Shown here: positions 1 through 12,000 of the stretch, one piece after another
Position numbering within the stretch: the stretch's first letter is position 1
How the letters are laid out: each line of letters starts with the position of its first letter
Origin: Caecitellus pseudoparvulus
Lineage: Eukaryota > Protista > Bigyra: Bicosoecida
Direction: 5' to 3'
Length of the DNA: 64,000 nucleotides
Assembly: GCA_965644315.1 (NCBI GenBank)
Contig: CBFFRQ010000042.1
Location: 248,001-312,000 of the forward strand
Notes under the pieces: model-generated
Databases searched by the model: none
What the model saw: only the letters and a program-made list of their open reading frames with translations
What the model was told of the DNA's origin: nothing
Made by a program: the position numbers and the translations under genes

Positions 1-1221
1 CGTCATACTCTGCATAAAATGTAAGAATTCTTCCCCATGATCTCGAGTTCGCAGAGGCTCAATCACAAGTGCCTTGGACTTCGGGGCAGGACTAGCTGAG
101 AAAGTATGGGGAGTCTCGGGGTAGCGATTGAGCTCGCTCCCTTCACGAAACCAGTCCAGAGAGCTGCCACGGCCGGACGCAGAGGACCCAGGCTTGATGG
201 AGTAGTCCGGGAGCTCAATGTGACGCACACCAGACCCAGGCGAAATCTTGTCTGGCCCCTGCGTTGCTGGGGCACGCAAGGGGGAAGCTGGCGAAGTAGG
301 AGGCTGCCTCGTTTGTTGCTGGCCGGCAGAGCTCGCTCCGCCTCTGTGTCGAGCTGCTTGAAGGTGTAGGACTTGGTCGCCTTCCCACCTCAGGTATGAA
401 GCTCTACGGCGTTGTGGCAGGTCTGAAGCCCCTGCCGTTGGTGTCAGCAACTGCCTATGGCGGGCACTCATCTGCGCCAGGCAGGAGCTTCCGATCACCT
501 GCGCAGGGACCAGTGCCGCAGTGCTCCTCGCTTCCTCCTCGTGAACAAGCCAAGCTCCAGAACCTTGGTCTATGGGATGCAGAGGTGGCTCAACTGATCT
601 CCCGTGTCTTTCGGATAGGGAAACGTCTTCTTTCACTGCAAACTCAGTATTGCTGAAGTGCCCAGGTGCCGGAGCGATTGCTGTGCCTCTGGGGAGCGGC
701 GTGGCCTGTGGCTCTTCCATGCGCAAGTGCGAAGCCGAGGCACGCGGTTGTGGCGCTCCATCGGCAAGAATCGGGGGTGGAGGAGGAGGTGGAGGTGGTA
801 CAGCTCTGTATGCCTGTTCTTTTCCAAGCTGCTGCCTTGAGTGGACCGGGCTCAGGCTGTGCTGTGCAGGCGAAGCGGAAGTTCCGCGGGTCACAAGTGG
901 TGATGGGCAGGCTACGAAAGCCCTCCCGCCCAACCCAAGACCACCCTTGAAGCTATCGAATGTAGGTGTGGGGTCCATGAGATTGGAAAGCACTCGCGCG
1001 TGTGGATCCTGACGCAAGCAGCCTTGGGGCAGCAAAGCGTACAGGCAGCAGCTTCCTTGCACAGGCGATGAAACGCGGGGTCTGCTATGTGCCACACACA
1101 ACTGTTCAGTGCGCAGCACGGCGTAGGAAGCAGTCTGAAAAGGACAGTAGCTTGTAGCTGGTGGGTTGACCCGGGTCTCGAGCTGCTGATGTGGCCAGTT
1201 CAGCTCATTGCTGCCCATCAT
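1..1221 (-). CDS. Hypothetical low-complexity, proline-rich protein, 3'-truncated by the window edge
   Basis: Manual translation gives an open minus frame from ATG 1221 (or 978) through position 1 (MMGSNELNWP...VPPPPPPPPILAD...EEFLHFMQSMT). It is absent from the ORF track because there is no stop in the window. No recognisable domain. Confidence 0.5.
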   Translation of the reverse strand, partial: MMGSNELNWPHQQLETRVNPPATSYCPFQTASYAVLRTEQLCVAHSRPRVSSPVQGSCCLYALLPQGCLRQDPHARVLSNLMDPTPTFDSFKGGLGLGGRAFVACPSPLVTRGTSASPAQHSLSPVHSRQQLGKEQAYRAVPPPPPPPPPILADGAPQPRASASHLRMEEPQATPLPRGTAIAPAPGHFSNTEFAVKEDVSLSERHGRSVEPPLHPIDQGSGAWLVHEEEARSTAALVPAQVIGSSCLAQMSARHRQLLTPTAGASDLPQRRRASYLRWEGDQVLHLQAARHRGGASSAGQQQTRQPPTSPASPLRAPATQGPDKISPGSGVRHIELPDYSIKPGSSASGRGSSLDWFREGSELNRYPETPHTFSASPAPKSKALVIEPLRTRDHGEEFLHFMQSMT

Positions 1222-1442
1222 CGTTCCAGGCACAGAAAGTCAAGAGCAGCGCATACACTGCACTGCTGCCAGGCACGGAGCGTCTAACTCGCGGTGTACA
1301 CGGATGCGGGCACAGACGGCAACAGAGCAGCTGGAGCGCCAGCGGGTACACGCAAAACCAAGAACGATCCCACTACTCCCACAGAGTGCCTTGGGATACC
1401 TTGCCCTGTTCAAGTGAATCAGCGTGCTGCTTACACTGGAGC

Positions 1443-4080
1443 ATGGCCCTGGCACGTCGCTGGGGCGCAGCGGCCTCCATGCCGCTTCGTTCCCCGGCAA
1501 CGCAGCGCTTCCTGTCCTTGTACCGGGCGAGAGTTGTTGAATCCTCTGGAGACACTGCAACATTGGCTGGACTGAGGGGTGCTGTTGTTGGAGGTGTTGC
1601 CCGATTCGATGGCCAGGGACTCGGTGCGTCGCTGTTTTCGCGGAGGCCTGCTGCCGATTTCCGCAAGTCCGCCAGCTGTACACACAGGCGTGGTCACGGA
1701 CATTATGGAAAACGGGCACGCCAAGGTATACATGGTGCATCGGCCTGGTGTGGCTGATGCGCGGGCCAACGCTGCCCCTGCTTTGATGGCCCCGAAAATG
1801 GAGGCCTCAGACTTTCGGGGCGCCGAGCTGGATGGCACTGGCGTCAAGAAGGGTAGCAGTCGGCCCTCCTGCGATCGCGTAGGCCAAGGCCTCCCCTTGC
1901 TCCCAGTGTGGGCTGTGCCACTGGCGCAGAGGGTTGCCTCTTCTGACAAGGCCACATCAAAGCTCGTGCCGTCAGGGTTTCGCATGCTGGATGCGTTGCT
2001 GCCAGCAATTGCTGGTACATCCACGCTCGTTTCTGCGCCGACCAGAGCGGCCTTGACCGAGCATTTGATCCAACTGGTGCAGCACATCACGCACTTTTGT
2101 GGGACTGAAGCCAAGTACCCGGCTCTTGTTCACAAGCCAATTGTCATCCTTGCTTCCGTTGGAGCAACGTCCGGCCACCTCGGCAGCATTCGCGCTGCCT
2201 GCGCTGACGCAGGCGCGGCGCTCGTGGCAGCCTCGGTGGAAGATCCCTTGGGGCAACGATACCTGGCACCCTTCTCTGCGCTGGCACATGCGCAGTCGTT
2301 GGTCCGCGATGGCCATGAGGTTGTGCTGCTTCTGGATGACCTGACCGCACATGCTGATGCAGCCAGGCAAGTTGCAGGTGTTTCCTGGGCTGACATGCTC
2401 GCTGCTCCAACCTACACTGGGCAGCTTTTTGATGCTGCTGCAGTCAGCCAATGTGGCTCTGGGAGCTTGACTATTTTTGCGGGTGCGGTCGGGGTGCCGA
2501 GCGGTGGCCCTGGCGTGCCACATGGCACAGTGGAGTACGCTGGCTCGTCCTCCCAGCCAAGCCGCGCCGCAAGTAGCTCAGTTGCAGGAAGAGCTCAAGG
2601 TATCATTGCTGGTGGCAAGGGTGACCCTCGCCACATTTCTGCGGCCCAGACAAAAACACAAGCATGGCTTGATGATGCAGTGTCACGAGCACACCGCACC
2701 TACCATGTCACCGGCATGGGGCCCCAATCGGCAACTTCACCGATGCCCCTCTTGCCAGTACCAGAAGAGATCACCTCGTGGACCACTGGGCATACAGGGC
2801 AGGGTCCTGCGCTGCAAAGCTACGCAGCAGCCCTCCGCTCTTTGCTGCTGGAGGCCTCTGCACTTGGCCATGCTGCTGGACTTGCCCTTTCGTACGGCAT
2901 TGTGCCTGAAGCTGACGTCGATGCCCAGCTCGAATACCTTGCAAAGATTCGCCTGCTGTTAAATCCGTCGCCATTACTTCTCCAAGAGGCAAGGCAGTCG
3001 ACGAGCCGGGTGGCTGGTGTTCGGCTTGGCCTTCGCAGCACTGGTGTCGGCAGCGAAGGCCTTGCTGCATTCGATGACGCGCAGGCGGCGAACCTTTCAG
3101 CCGTATCTGCATCTACACAGCACTCCCCAGCACGAGTACAGAAGCAAGTGCAGGATGTCTCGCAGGCCCCCTCGGTCTCTCCTTCGCGAGCAAGTAGTTG
3201 GAGTACGTGGCTACCTTCCAAATCGCAGTCTCTGTCCTGGCAGGCCATCTTGCCCTCAATGCCCGGGAAGCGTGAGTTCTGCACGGAAGGCGGGCCAGGG
3301 GAGCCCTCTGGTTTGGAGTCTAAAATGACCCCGGAGCAACTGGCTGCCCTGAGACACGTCCGAGCGCGAAGGAAGCCAGGTGCTGCTGCAGCCAAGTCTG
3401 TGGGCGGTGGTGGCCAGGCTTCCCAACGGGAGCTGCCGCAGAATACCACTGCAGGTGACAAGTGGAGCGATGATGACATTGATGCTCTCATAGGGGTCTT
3501 GGAAGCTGGTGGCACCGATTTTCAAGATGGCCCCTCTTGTCAGACTGACGGCGACGTGCGGGGCGACGAGGAGCGCGAGCACAACTCCGACCAAGCAGCT
3601 GTGCAGGCAAGTGAAAGGCGGCTACCAGACACACACACAGCCCCAGAAGTCCATGCTCGGCTAGGTCAGAAGCTCAGCGATGTGCACACTGCCTCACCCC
3701 AACGCTTGCTGGCGGTTCTCTTTGCGCTGGTACACGGTTACGTTAGCCGAGTTCCTCCGGCCAGGCTGCTTGAATTCGAGCAAGGGCTTTTCCGTGCTTT
3801 GAGCTCCTCGCGCATGAGCGAAGTCTGCGCAATCCTCCACACCCCTGCTCCACCTGGGACAGGGTCAGTGTTGGACTACGCGTTTCGGGCCGAGCACTCT
3901 GACATGTCGACGGCCAGGCCTCTCTCAGCTGTGGCTGAGGGTGCGCCTAGTGTACATGGAAGTGCTGCGCGCAGCCATCCTGAATGGCAGGCCATGCATG
4001 CCGTATCCAGTGCGTATCTCTCACGGTTCCTCGCTGGCACTTCAAACAGTGGCTCAGAGCACTCGATCCATGGCTTGTGA
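1443..4080 (+). CDS. Divergent F1-ATP synthase alpha-subunit-like protein with a mitochondrial-type presequence; P-loop degenerate
   Basis: Exon 1 1443-1623 (MALARRWGAAASMPLRS...RVVESSGDTATLAGL), GT-AG intron 1624-1687, exon 2 to 4080. Alpha-like blocks: SGFRMLDALLP, QRYLAPFSALAHAQSLVRDGHEVVLLLDDLTAHADAARQV, GSGSLTIF, and C-terminal QRLLAVLFALVHGYVSRVPPARLLEFE. Confidence 0.8.
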
Positions 4081-4359
4081 CAAGGCGCTCCGTATGGTTT
4101 CGAAGCTGCCTTTGTCCTTGTAGCGCTTGCGCGACATGAGGAGCTCTGGGGCTCTGCAGCTGCGTCCTGAAGACCGCTACGGCTTGGGCGCCGAGCAGCT
4201 GCAACCATGCTGCCAAGTGGAGTGCATTCACAGAGCGTTGAACTCAAAATGCACCCTTCAAGGGGTCAGAGCGCCCACTGAAAGCGACTTCCAGTCTTCT
4301 CTTGGCAACTGGCGGCGCAACCTGCGGGCGTGTGTACGGGACGAACAGACCACAACTGC

Positions 4360-5681
4360 TTATTGCTTCCCGGGCAGCTCCCAGCGGCTTTCGCGTGTGA
4401 TCTCATTGTAGAAATACGTGTTGCCCTCCCCGTCTATCGCTTCCTTCCAGTACGCATCACCATCGGCGACAGGCGCCGCTGCTGCCGCGGCGGTGACGGC
4501 TGCTCCCTGAGCGACCTTGACACTGCCGTCACCCATGCCAGCAGTGCCTTCTACAGCCGCCTTCCAAGCTGGAATGCTCACGGGGCGGCCTTGCATCACC
4601 TGTTCAAGGAGGGTGTCATGGTAGGAGAAGACGTTGCTGAGGCCGTTGCGGAAGTCCAGCACCATCTGCTTGCCGAGGATACCGGCCGCCACAGCCTCTC
4701 CACTGTCAGGAGGGGCGACAGCGAAAAAGCGCGGGGTCGCATAGGCTGTCGTACCATTGCCCTGGCCCAAAACGGGGATAAGTTCGTGATTGTGCAGGCT
4801 TGAACCAGCCTGTGCGGTAGGCTTTGCTGCCTGGGCTGCGTCGCCGGCATTGTTGTCCGCTGAGGCGGTGTCAACCTCTTCCCCTGACGCATCCAGTTCA
4901 GAATAACGTCGAGAAGATAGCGGTGAGCCAGCGGTGCGACCTGCTGCGCCACCACCCACCACCCGCCCGATGCCAGCGCTGCCAGTCACGCCACGTACCA
5001 GCCTAACTGGAACAGTGACGCCAGCCGAGCTGGGACGAGCCAGTAAGTTGAACGGGTGGATCCGCACGTGAGTTCCACCGTTTGTAAGGATGAGTGCCGC
5101 AGCTTCACCCGCCAGAGCTCGCCAGCTGCCAACAAACATCAACCCAGTGGCACCAAAGGCTAGGCCAATCTGCCACCACGGCACAGGCATGCCGAACTCT
5201 GCTAGGTTCAGGTACATCTGCACAGCACCGTACAGTCCCGGCACCCATGCAAGTCCCGTGGCCAGACGCGTTCGATTCTGTGCGGCGCGAGGATTGGAGA
5301 TGTGCTGGTTGGCGCCCTTGGGCAAAGGCGGGCCAGGTGAGCACACACGTTCTTGCGAGTGGCATACAGCAGGAGCTCGTCCTCAGCGACCGCAGGGTGG
5401 GCAATGGTATTCACTGAGGCAATGACAGATGCTGAGTTGTTCTCGCCGAAGTAGAACTCCACCACGGACTTGCCACCTGGCTTGCCCAGCTGATCCAGCT
5501 CCTTCAGCGCACTCTCCTTGTCGGGCACCTTGTTCAGCTTCTCGTACTGCTTCACACGCTCAGCATTGAACAGTTGTTCGGCACAAGCGTGACTTCCATG
5601 AAGCTGGCGAGCTATGACCGATGGTGGCAGTCGCCACGCCCTCAGTGACGTGTGCACCTGGCGTGATGCGCGAAACGCCAT
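4360..5681 (-). CDS. TMEM70/TMEM186/TMEM223-like mitochondrial membrane protein with a C-terminal WW domain
   Basis: Arg/Ser/Ala-rich presequence MAFRASRQVHTSLRAWR; intron 5278-5348; LLYAT followed by two hydrophobic helices and LILTNGGTHVRIHPFNLL. The WW motif YWKEAIDGEGNTYFYNEITRESRWELP is clear; the TMEM70-family call is tentative. Confidence 0.6.
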
Positions 5682-6075
5682 CAAAACGCCTGCTCCGGCT
5701 TGCGCGCTCACACAGGACCTGAAGGCAGGCTGCTGCCACAGCTTCATGTGTGTGTGCAAGTATCGTTGATTTCTGTGGATTTTGGTATTTGTAGTGCACA
5801 GTGTCATGTGCGGGCCTCTGGATCCGCTTTTCCTGCTGCTGCCGCACAGCCATGTTGGGGGGTCAGCTTGCGCACGTCGGCGTCAGGCCTGCTGGTGCTG
5901 ATGCTCCACTTGTGCTGGAGACGGTGCAACCTGGGACCAAATCAAAACCTTCTGAACATCACGCTCGGGCTTTGGCACTGAGTAAGCCTCCCTGGCTGGC
6001 TAGCCAGAAGGCTGGTGTTGACGGCGGGCCTCTTTGCAGCAGCTCACTGCCACAACTGGCGCTCAGCTGCCAAGC

Positions 6076-9000
6076 ATGACCAGCAACGCCCCCATGAGGG
6101 TGCAAGCGCCCCGTGGAGCCAAGGCTGTGGAGACTTGTGAATGGACGTCCTTGTTTCACAGGACCTTGCCCCGCATAGGGGACGACTTCCAGGTGTCAGA
6201 GCTGCCCTCGCCGGCCAAGCAGTATGAGGAAATCAAGCAAGCAAACCAAGAAGCTTCACGCAGCGATGCAGTGCCGAAGCGCATCAGTGACGCTGTCGGC
6301 CATGCATGTGTTCCGATTTGGAGTCCTTGGGGGGGGCACAGCGATGAGTACGACGACTTCCTCAGCTTGGTGCGTGCAGCAGTGAGATGGTGCAGCTGCG
6401 CCAGCCTGCGCAGGCGCTCACCTGCTCGTGCCCTGAGGCCCAAGGCGCGTGTGGCCACGCCTGGAGCCAGGTTTCGTGTGTGTTTCCCGTCTGTTTGGGG
6501 CACCCTGCCCCTGCCCCTGCCGCTCTGCAGTTCTCTAGAAGGCAAGGCCGCAGAAACAAGTCCAGGTGCACACATGAGCTGCTGCTTGCCGTGTACCGAG
6601 GTGTGGATTGCGACAGCTTTCTGGGGCTCAAAGGCATTGTGGACATTGTAAAGGCTGCCACTGTCACAAGCGCGACGGCTGAGCGGGCCGCATTCAGACA
6701 GCTGGCCCTGACTGCTGTGGATGTGCGTGAAGCCAGTGGCATCTGGGCGCTGCGCACACTGCGTGACCTTCGGCCCTGGACCCTCTTCTGCGCAGACGGT
6801 GAAGAGCATCAGAGACCTGTACTGTGAGTTCCTGGCTGAGAACCAAGCAGAGGCGGGCGGGGCAGAAGCAGAAGCTGCGAGTCCCCCTGCAAGGGCGCCA
6901 GAGCCAGAGCTGCCAGCAGGAAACGCTGGCAAAGCACTGCGGTCTGTGGCTGCTGCAGAGGCTGCGGCGGCCGAGGAAGGGGCCGCAGACATCGAAAAAA
7001 CTCTCTCTCTGGCAGAAGTCCGCCGCCTCGGAGGCCCCGATGGTGTTCTTCGAAACACTCTCACAGGCCTCTCTGGCGTGGAGGAGGTGGCGTCAGCGAG
7101 AGGCACCTCGGCGAGGGTGCCAGCCATTCCGCTGGATGAGCCAATCTCATCGGCCTTGCTAGCCCGTGTGGCCAGCATTGCACGGCTTTTCGTGCACATG
7201 GTCGTCAACGAGGCAGCCAAGGGAAGCCTGCCGCTGCATGGGTTGGAGCAGTGGTGCAAGGCTCCTCACACGTACGCCCCATTGGCAAAGCACGCCGATG
7301 GCAGCGCCACGCAGAATGCTCTCCAGCCTCCGACAGGCACGCGATGGAGGTGCACACCCCTCTCCATGCCGCCCTTGCTGCTGCACAGCCGTGAGGTGCC
7401 ATGGCACAAAGCTGAGGTGCTGCGATTCGCCGCCGCTTTCGCCAAGATGGGGAAAGACTTCGCTCTCATTGGCAGTTCCGTCGGCTCCCGCACGGTGCAG
7501 CAAACAGTTTCTTTCTACTACGGCCCGTGGCGTGCGACTCCCTTCTACAAGCGCTACGTTGAAGCCAAGCTTGCCAAAACAGAGCAACAGCTGCACGATG
7601 AGTGGCACGCGTACCGCTCGCGAGCATGGTTCCATTTCTGGCGCTTTGACGACACCGCCTTGACTGAGCAGGAACTAGCGTCGGGTGTGCTGCAGCTGGT
7701 GTCTGATGCTGATGCCAGCCGTGCCTCAACCAAGCGGGCCCACTCAGCCGGTGGAAGCACCACCGCGCTTGTGCCCAGCACCTCATCCACGAGCTCCGCC
7801 CTTGTGGATGCCAAGTTCAACATGCCGGTAATGTTGCTCACTGATCCACTCTACGTAGATGTATCTGAAGAGGGTGCAGGGGAGGTGCAGGGGCAACAGC
7901 AGCAGGAAGGCAAGCAGGCTGCCGGCGCAGGCAGTGACAATGGTGGCCCCGACACACCGCTATTGACTGCACCTGAGCCCCCAAGGACGCAGAGCTGGGA
8001 GGAAGTCGTGGGGGGGAGCCAAAGTGGCAGTGCAGTGCAAGGCAGTGAGGGTGCAAACCGAGCGTCCACATGTGAAGATGCCCCCTCAGCTGCGATAGAG
8101 CAAGCTTCGCAGTCAGATGCAGTTGGAGGCCAAGGTGGCAGAAATGCTGAGGTATGTCAGCAGCAAGCGCCAAGTGCCATTGAGGCTGGTGCTGCGTTGC
8201 CAACATCTAAAACCAGCTCACCTCCTGCAGCTGACGACTGCAAAACCCAAGCTGATGAGCCTGCTGCTTCCCCTTCTGAACTCGCTGGCAGCAGTCAAGG
8301 GCACAACGACGGAGAAGATGGCATAATGAAGGGCAGTGGTGAAGGGCGCCCCTTCCCAGGCTTCGTGGAGGACATTGTCAAGACACTGAAGGCCGTGGGC
8401 GTGCCTTGTGCTGCCGCGGGCACCGTTGAGCTTTCTCCAAAAGACAGCTCTCTGAAGCAGCCGGACGACACCCACGCCCAAGACGCTGAGCAAGAAGTGC
8501 CGCTGGGGGCTGTGCTGGTGGGCTCAGTGAGGCGCTCCACACGTCGCCGCCACAGCCGCGGAGCGAAAGGGCGGGGGAAGCCGTCCACGCGCTCAGGCCA
8601 GCGAAGGAGGTCAAAGTCCGGGATGGGAGCCCAAGGAGACTCTGGCAGTGATGATGAGCAGCCGTCTGTTTCCTTGTTGGAGACACTTGATCGCCAGCAT
8701 GCTGAAATGGCGCACGCCTCGCGCAAGCGCTTGGCAGGCGCAGTCAGCTGGACAAAAGATCGTGACATTGACAACGAGCCGTTCTGCGCACTGTGTGGTG
8801 ATGGAGGTGACTTGGTGTGCTGTGATGGGGATTGTCGTCGATCGTACCATCTCGGCTGCATAACTCGTGCCAACTTGATGATCAAGGCGGTGATTCGTGA
8901 CAACCCAAGCTTGGCGTCTGATGCATTGCTCTCCCGGCTCCTGGACATTGACAAAGACCACTGGACGTGTCTGAACTGCGTGACAAATGTGCATGACTGC

Positions 9001-12000
9001 TTCCTCTGCGGGAACCCTGGCGTGGCGGGTGTGGAAGTGTTCCGCTGCCAGCGCATGTGTGGCAAGCACTACCACTTGGAGTGCTTGGCTGCCGACCCTC
9101 GCACGCAGTGGTTCAGTCCCCCCAACACAGACCTCACGATCCAAAACGCAGGAGGACGAGGCAAGCCTTCTCCACACCCAGCCTTTTCTTGTCCCTTCCA
9201 CTTGTGCTCAGAGTGTGGCGCGCCTTTTGATGCGTTCAAGCCACGCACAACCGTGTATCGGTGTCAGGCCTGCCCCACTGCCTACCATGCGTGCTGCCTG
9301 CCAAAGGACGCCCGTTTGGACGTTAACGAAGTCGTAACATGTGCTCACAGTGCTGCCCATGCGACTAAGCGCTTCGACGCGCAGTACCACACCGGCACGA
9401 GTCTCTTCGTAGATGCTCCGCCCAAGGAATCTGCAGCGACTCCCGCCCCTGCCAAACCTTCCAAGGCAGCAGCAGCGGCAAAGGCCGCGGCAGTGGCAGC
9501 AACGGAAGTGCCCACCACTGGGGATGAGGCAGTGGATGCAGAGGCGTCTGCTGAGGCTGAGAGCGCACGAGCTGCGTCTCATGCCGACATGCTTGCAGCC
9601 TTGCGACCCAACACTGTGCCGTGGTGGTACGCAGCAACCACTCCACACAGCCCTGCAGAGTTCACGTACGAACAGGCTGCTGTCGCCGCGCTGGCAACTG
9701 CTGTCGCTCTCGTGTCTGGGGCAGGCTTTCGCTCGAATGGCTCGGCGGTTGCGGCGTCGCCAGCTGACTCTCTGGCTGCAGCAGGCCTGGCTGTGGGCGA
9801 TACAAATGCCAAGGGCACAGCCTCGGCTGCAGCTCTTCAGCTCATTGATGTTGCCGTGCGCTTGGGCGTTGCTGAGAAGCCTGGTAGCCTGCCGTTGGGC
9901 CCGTACACAGCTGGTGACAACTCTCAGGTTGACTATGGCCTCGTGTGTTGTGCAGACCGCTTGAACCCAATGCCCATGACCGTGAAAGACCGGAGCAAGG
10001 CGGAGCCACCAACGACTGTCATCACCACGGCGAATGGGCTGCGTGTTAGTCTGAGGGCACGTGATGCTGCCTTTGCGCGTAGCTTGGGCCTGCGCCACGA
10101 TGAAATCGCGGCCCTCATTGACCTGGTTGGGGAAGAGGCCATGTCGCTGCTTGGCTTGCACCTGGGCGATCAGCCTCTGCCCGCAGCCCCAAAGCAAGCC
10201 CTACGTCGAGCCACAACGGATGTGGTCCGTGCCGACGATGGCACTGACATGGGCAGTTTGCGCCAGTTTGTGGTGTCAGCGCTAGGGCTGGAAAGCAACA
10301 CGGATTTCTCGAAGGCCAAGCCTTCGTGCTTCCCCATCCTGCCCCGTTGGGCCAAGGACATCAAGAAGCTCTCCTCCCCTGTGCTGGCTGCGCTTCAGGC
10401 AGCTGCCCAGGAATGGAACACGGGCACGCGTGTGCCCATTGATTCTGGCACAGGCGGGGGTCGCTGGGCGATGGCGAAGGAGCTGTCCACCTCCTCCTTG
10501 AAATCAAAGTACACTGGCATCAAAAGAGTAAAGGCTGGGCGGGACAAGTGGTTCGCCCGCATCTCGTACGAGTGCAAGGTGCGGCACATTGGCACATACC
10601 CTGCTGAGGTAGATGCTGCCCTCGCGTGGGACGACGTGTCCTCTGCCCTGCGGGGGCACCGCGCTTACATGAACTTCCCATTGGGTGTGCAGAGCATTGA
10701 AGAGCTCAAGGCATTTGTGGGGGACACCATGCCAGTGCCAGGGGGCACGGTTGAAGAAGCGAAGCGGCTGTTCTTGCACCACCTGTCCATCCTGGCACCG
10801 GGTGTGCAGCCCGCAAGTCTGGGCATCCCCCTGCCTCCTGCGGGGCCCCTCCCGCCCCTTCTGGATGATATTGATGACAAGCACCCTGCCAAACGGCTGA
10901 AGGCGGCGGTGGCAGCCGCCAAAGCTGAGGCTGGACTGGGCCCTGAGCCTGCTCGCCCAACAGCCAAGCCTGAGACGGCACCCCAAGCAGCCTCTGGCCC
11001 TGTCGTACCTCCAGCAAGCGCGGGTGCTTCCAAGAATGATGCTGCACATATCGACGATGCGGGGGGTGTGCAAACCGGCGTTGGCCAGCAAGAAAAGCTC
11101 TCGGCCACCCCGCCTGCTTCGGAGGCAGGGTCTCGCCAATCAGCCCCGCTTTCACAAGCCGAAGGGCAAGCAGAGACAGCAGAAGGTGAAGCAGACGATG
11201 TCTTCGCGGCCCAGGGCGTGGATGCAGATGGAGTGGCGTGGACAGCGTTGTCACTGCAGGAAGTGGCGGGCGGTGCCGAGCTCACATTCGCCAAGGCTGT
11301 CTCGCCTCGCAGCATTCCTGAGCTGTACCATGTGCGGAAGCTCACAGCGTTGGCGACGCGCCGCGCTATGGTGCAGTCACTGCATGCACTGGGAGGGAGC
11401 CACTCAACTTCCATCGCTACCACTGCTCCGCGCAGGGGAGCCCAGGCAGCGTCCAGGCTGTCCTTGCTGGAGGGCGCCCGGCACCCCGCAGCAGCTCACG
11501 AGAAGCCACAACCTATTGCGCTTGGGAAGCAGTTCACCCAGGACATGCCACCCACCTTGGCTACGTGGCTCTCTGCTGTTTTGCTGTTGGGAGATGGGGG
11601 GGTTGTGGCTGGGGGGCGGGGGCACTGGCTCAAGATGGGGCCCCATGTGCAGCACTTGCACGCACTGGCTGGCGCGGCAGGGGGTGGTCTGCTCATGCCA
11701 CCTGCCCCTGGTGTTCTCGGTGACACAGACCTGTCTGTGCACAAGTACGACTTCCGTTTCTGTGTGCCGGTGACGGTGCCCCCCCTGCTAGGACTTCGAG
11801 GGGGAAAGAAACGCAAGCCAGGAGCAGGCGACAAGTCTGCCGGTGTGGATGTGGCCGCTACGGACATTGATGCAACGACATGCGTGCCCCATCCCGACTT
11901 GGTAGGCGTGTACTGCGTCGGGCAGGGGGCTGCTGAGCTAGTCGCTGCCCGTGCACAAAACCCCCGAGCTGCCTTGGCAGTGGAGGCAGGCGGGTGTTTA

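Noticed and set aside
5852-6042. Upstream coding exon (MLGGQLAH...) for the AP2 gene using the GTAAGC donor at 5982
   Set aside because: No plausible nearby acceptor restores the ELM2 reading frame; the start was left at ATG 6076.
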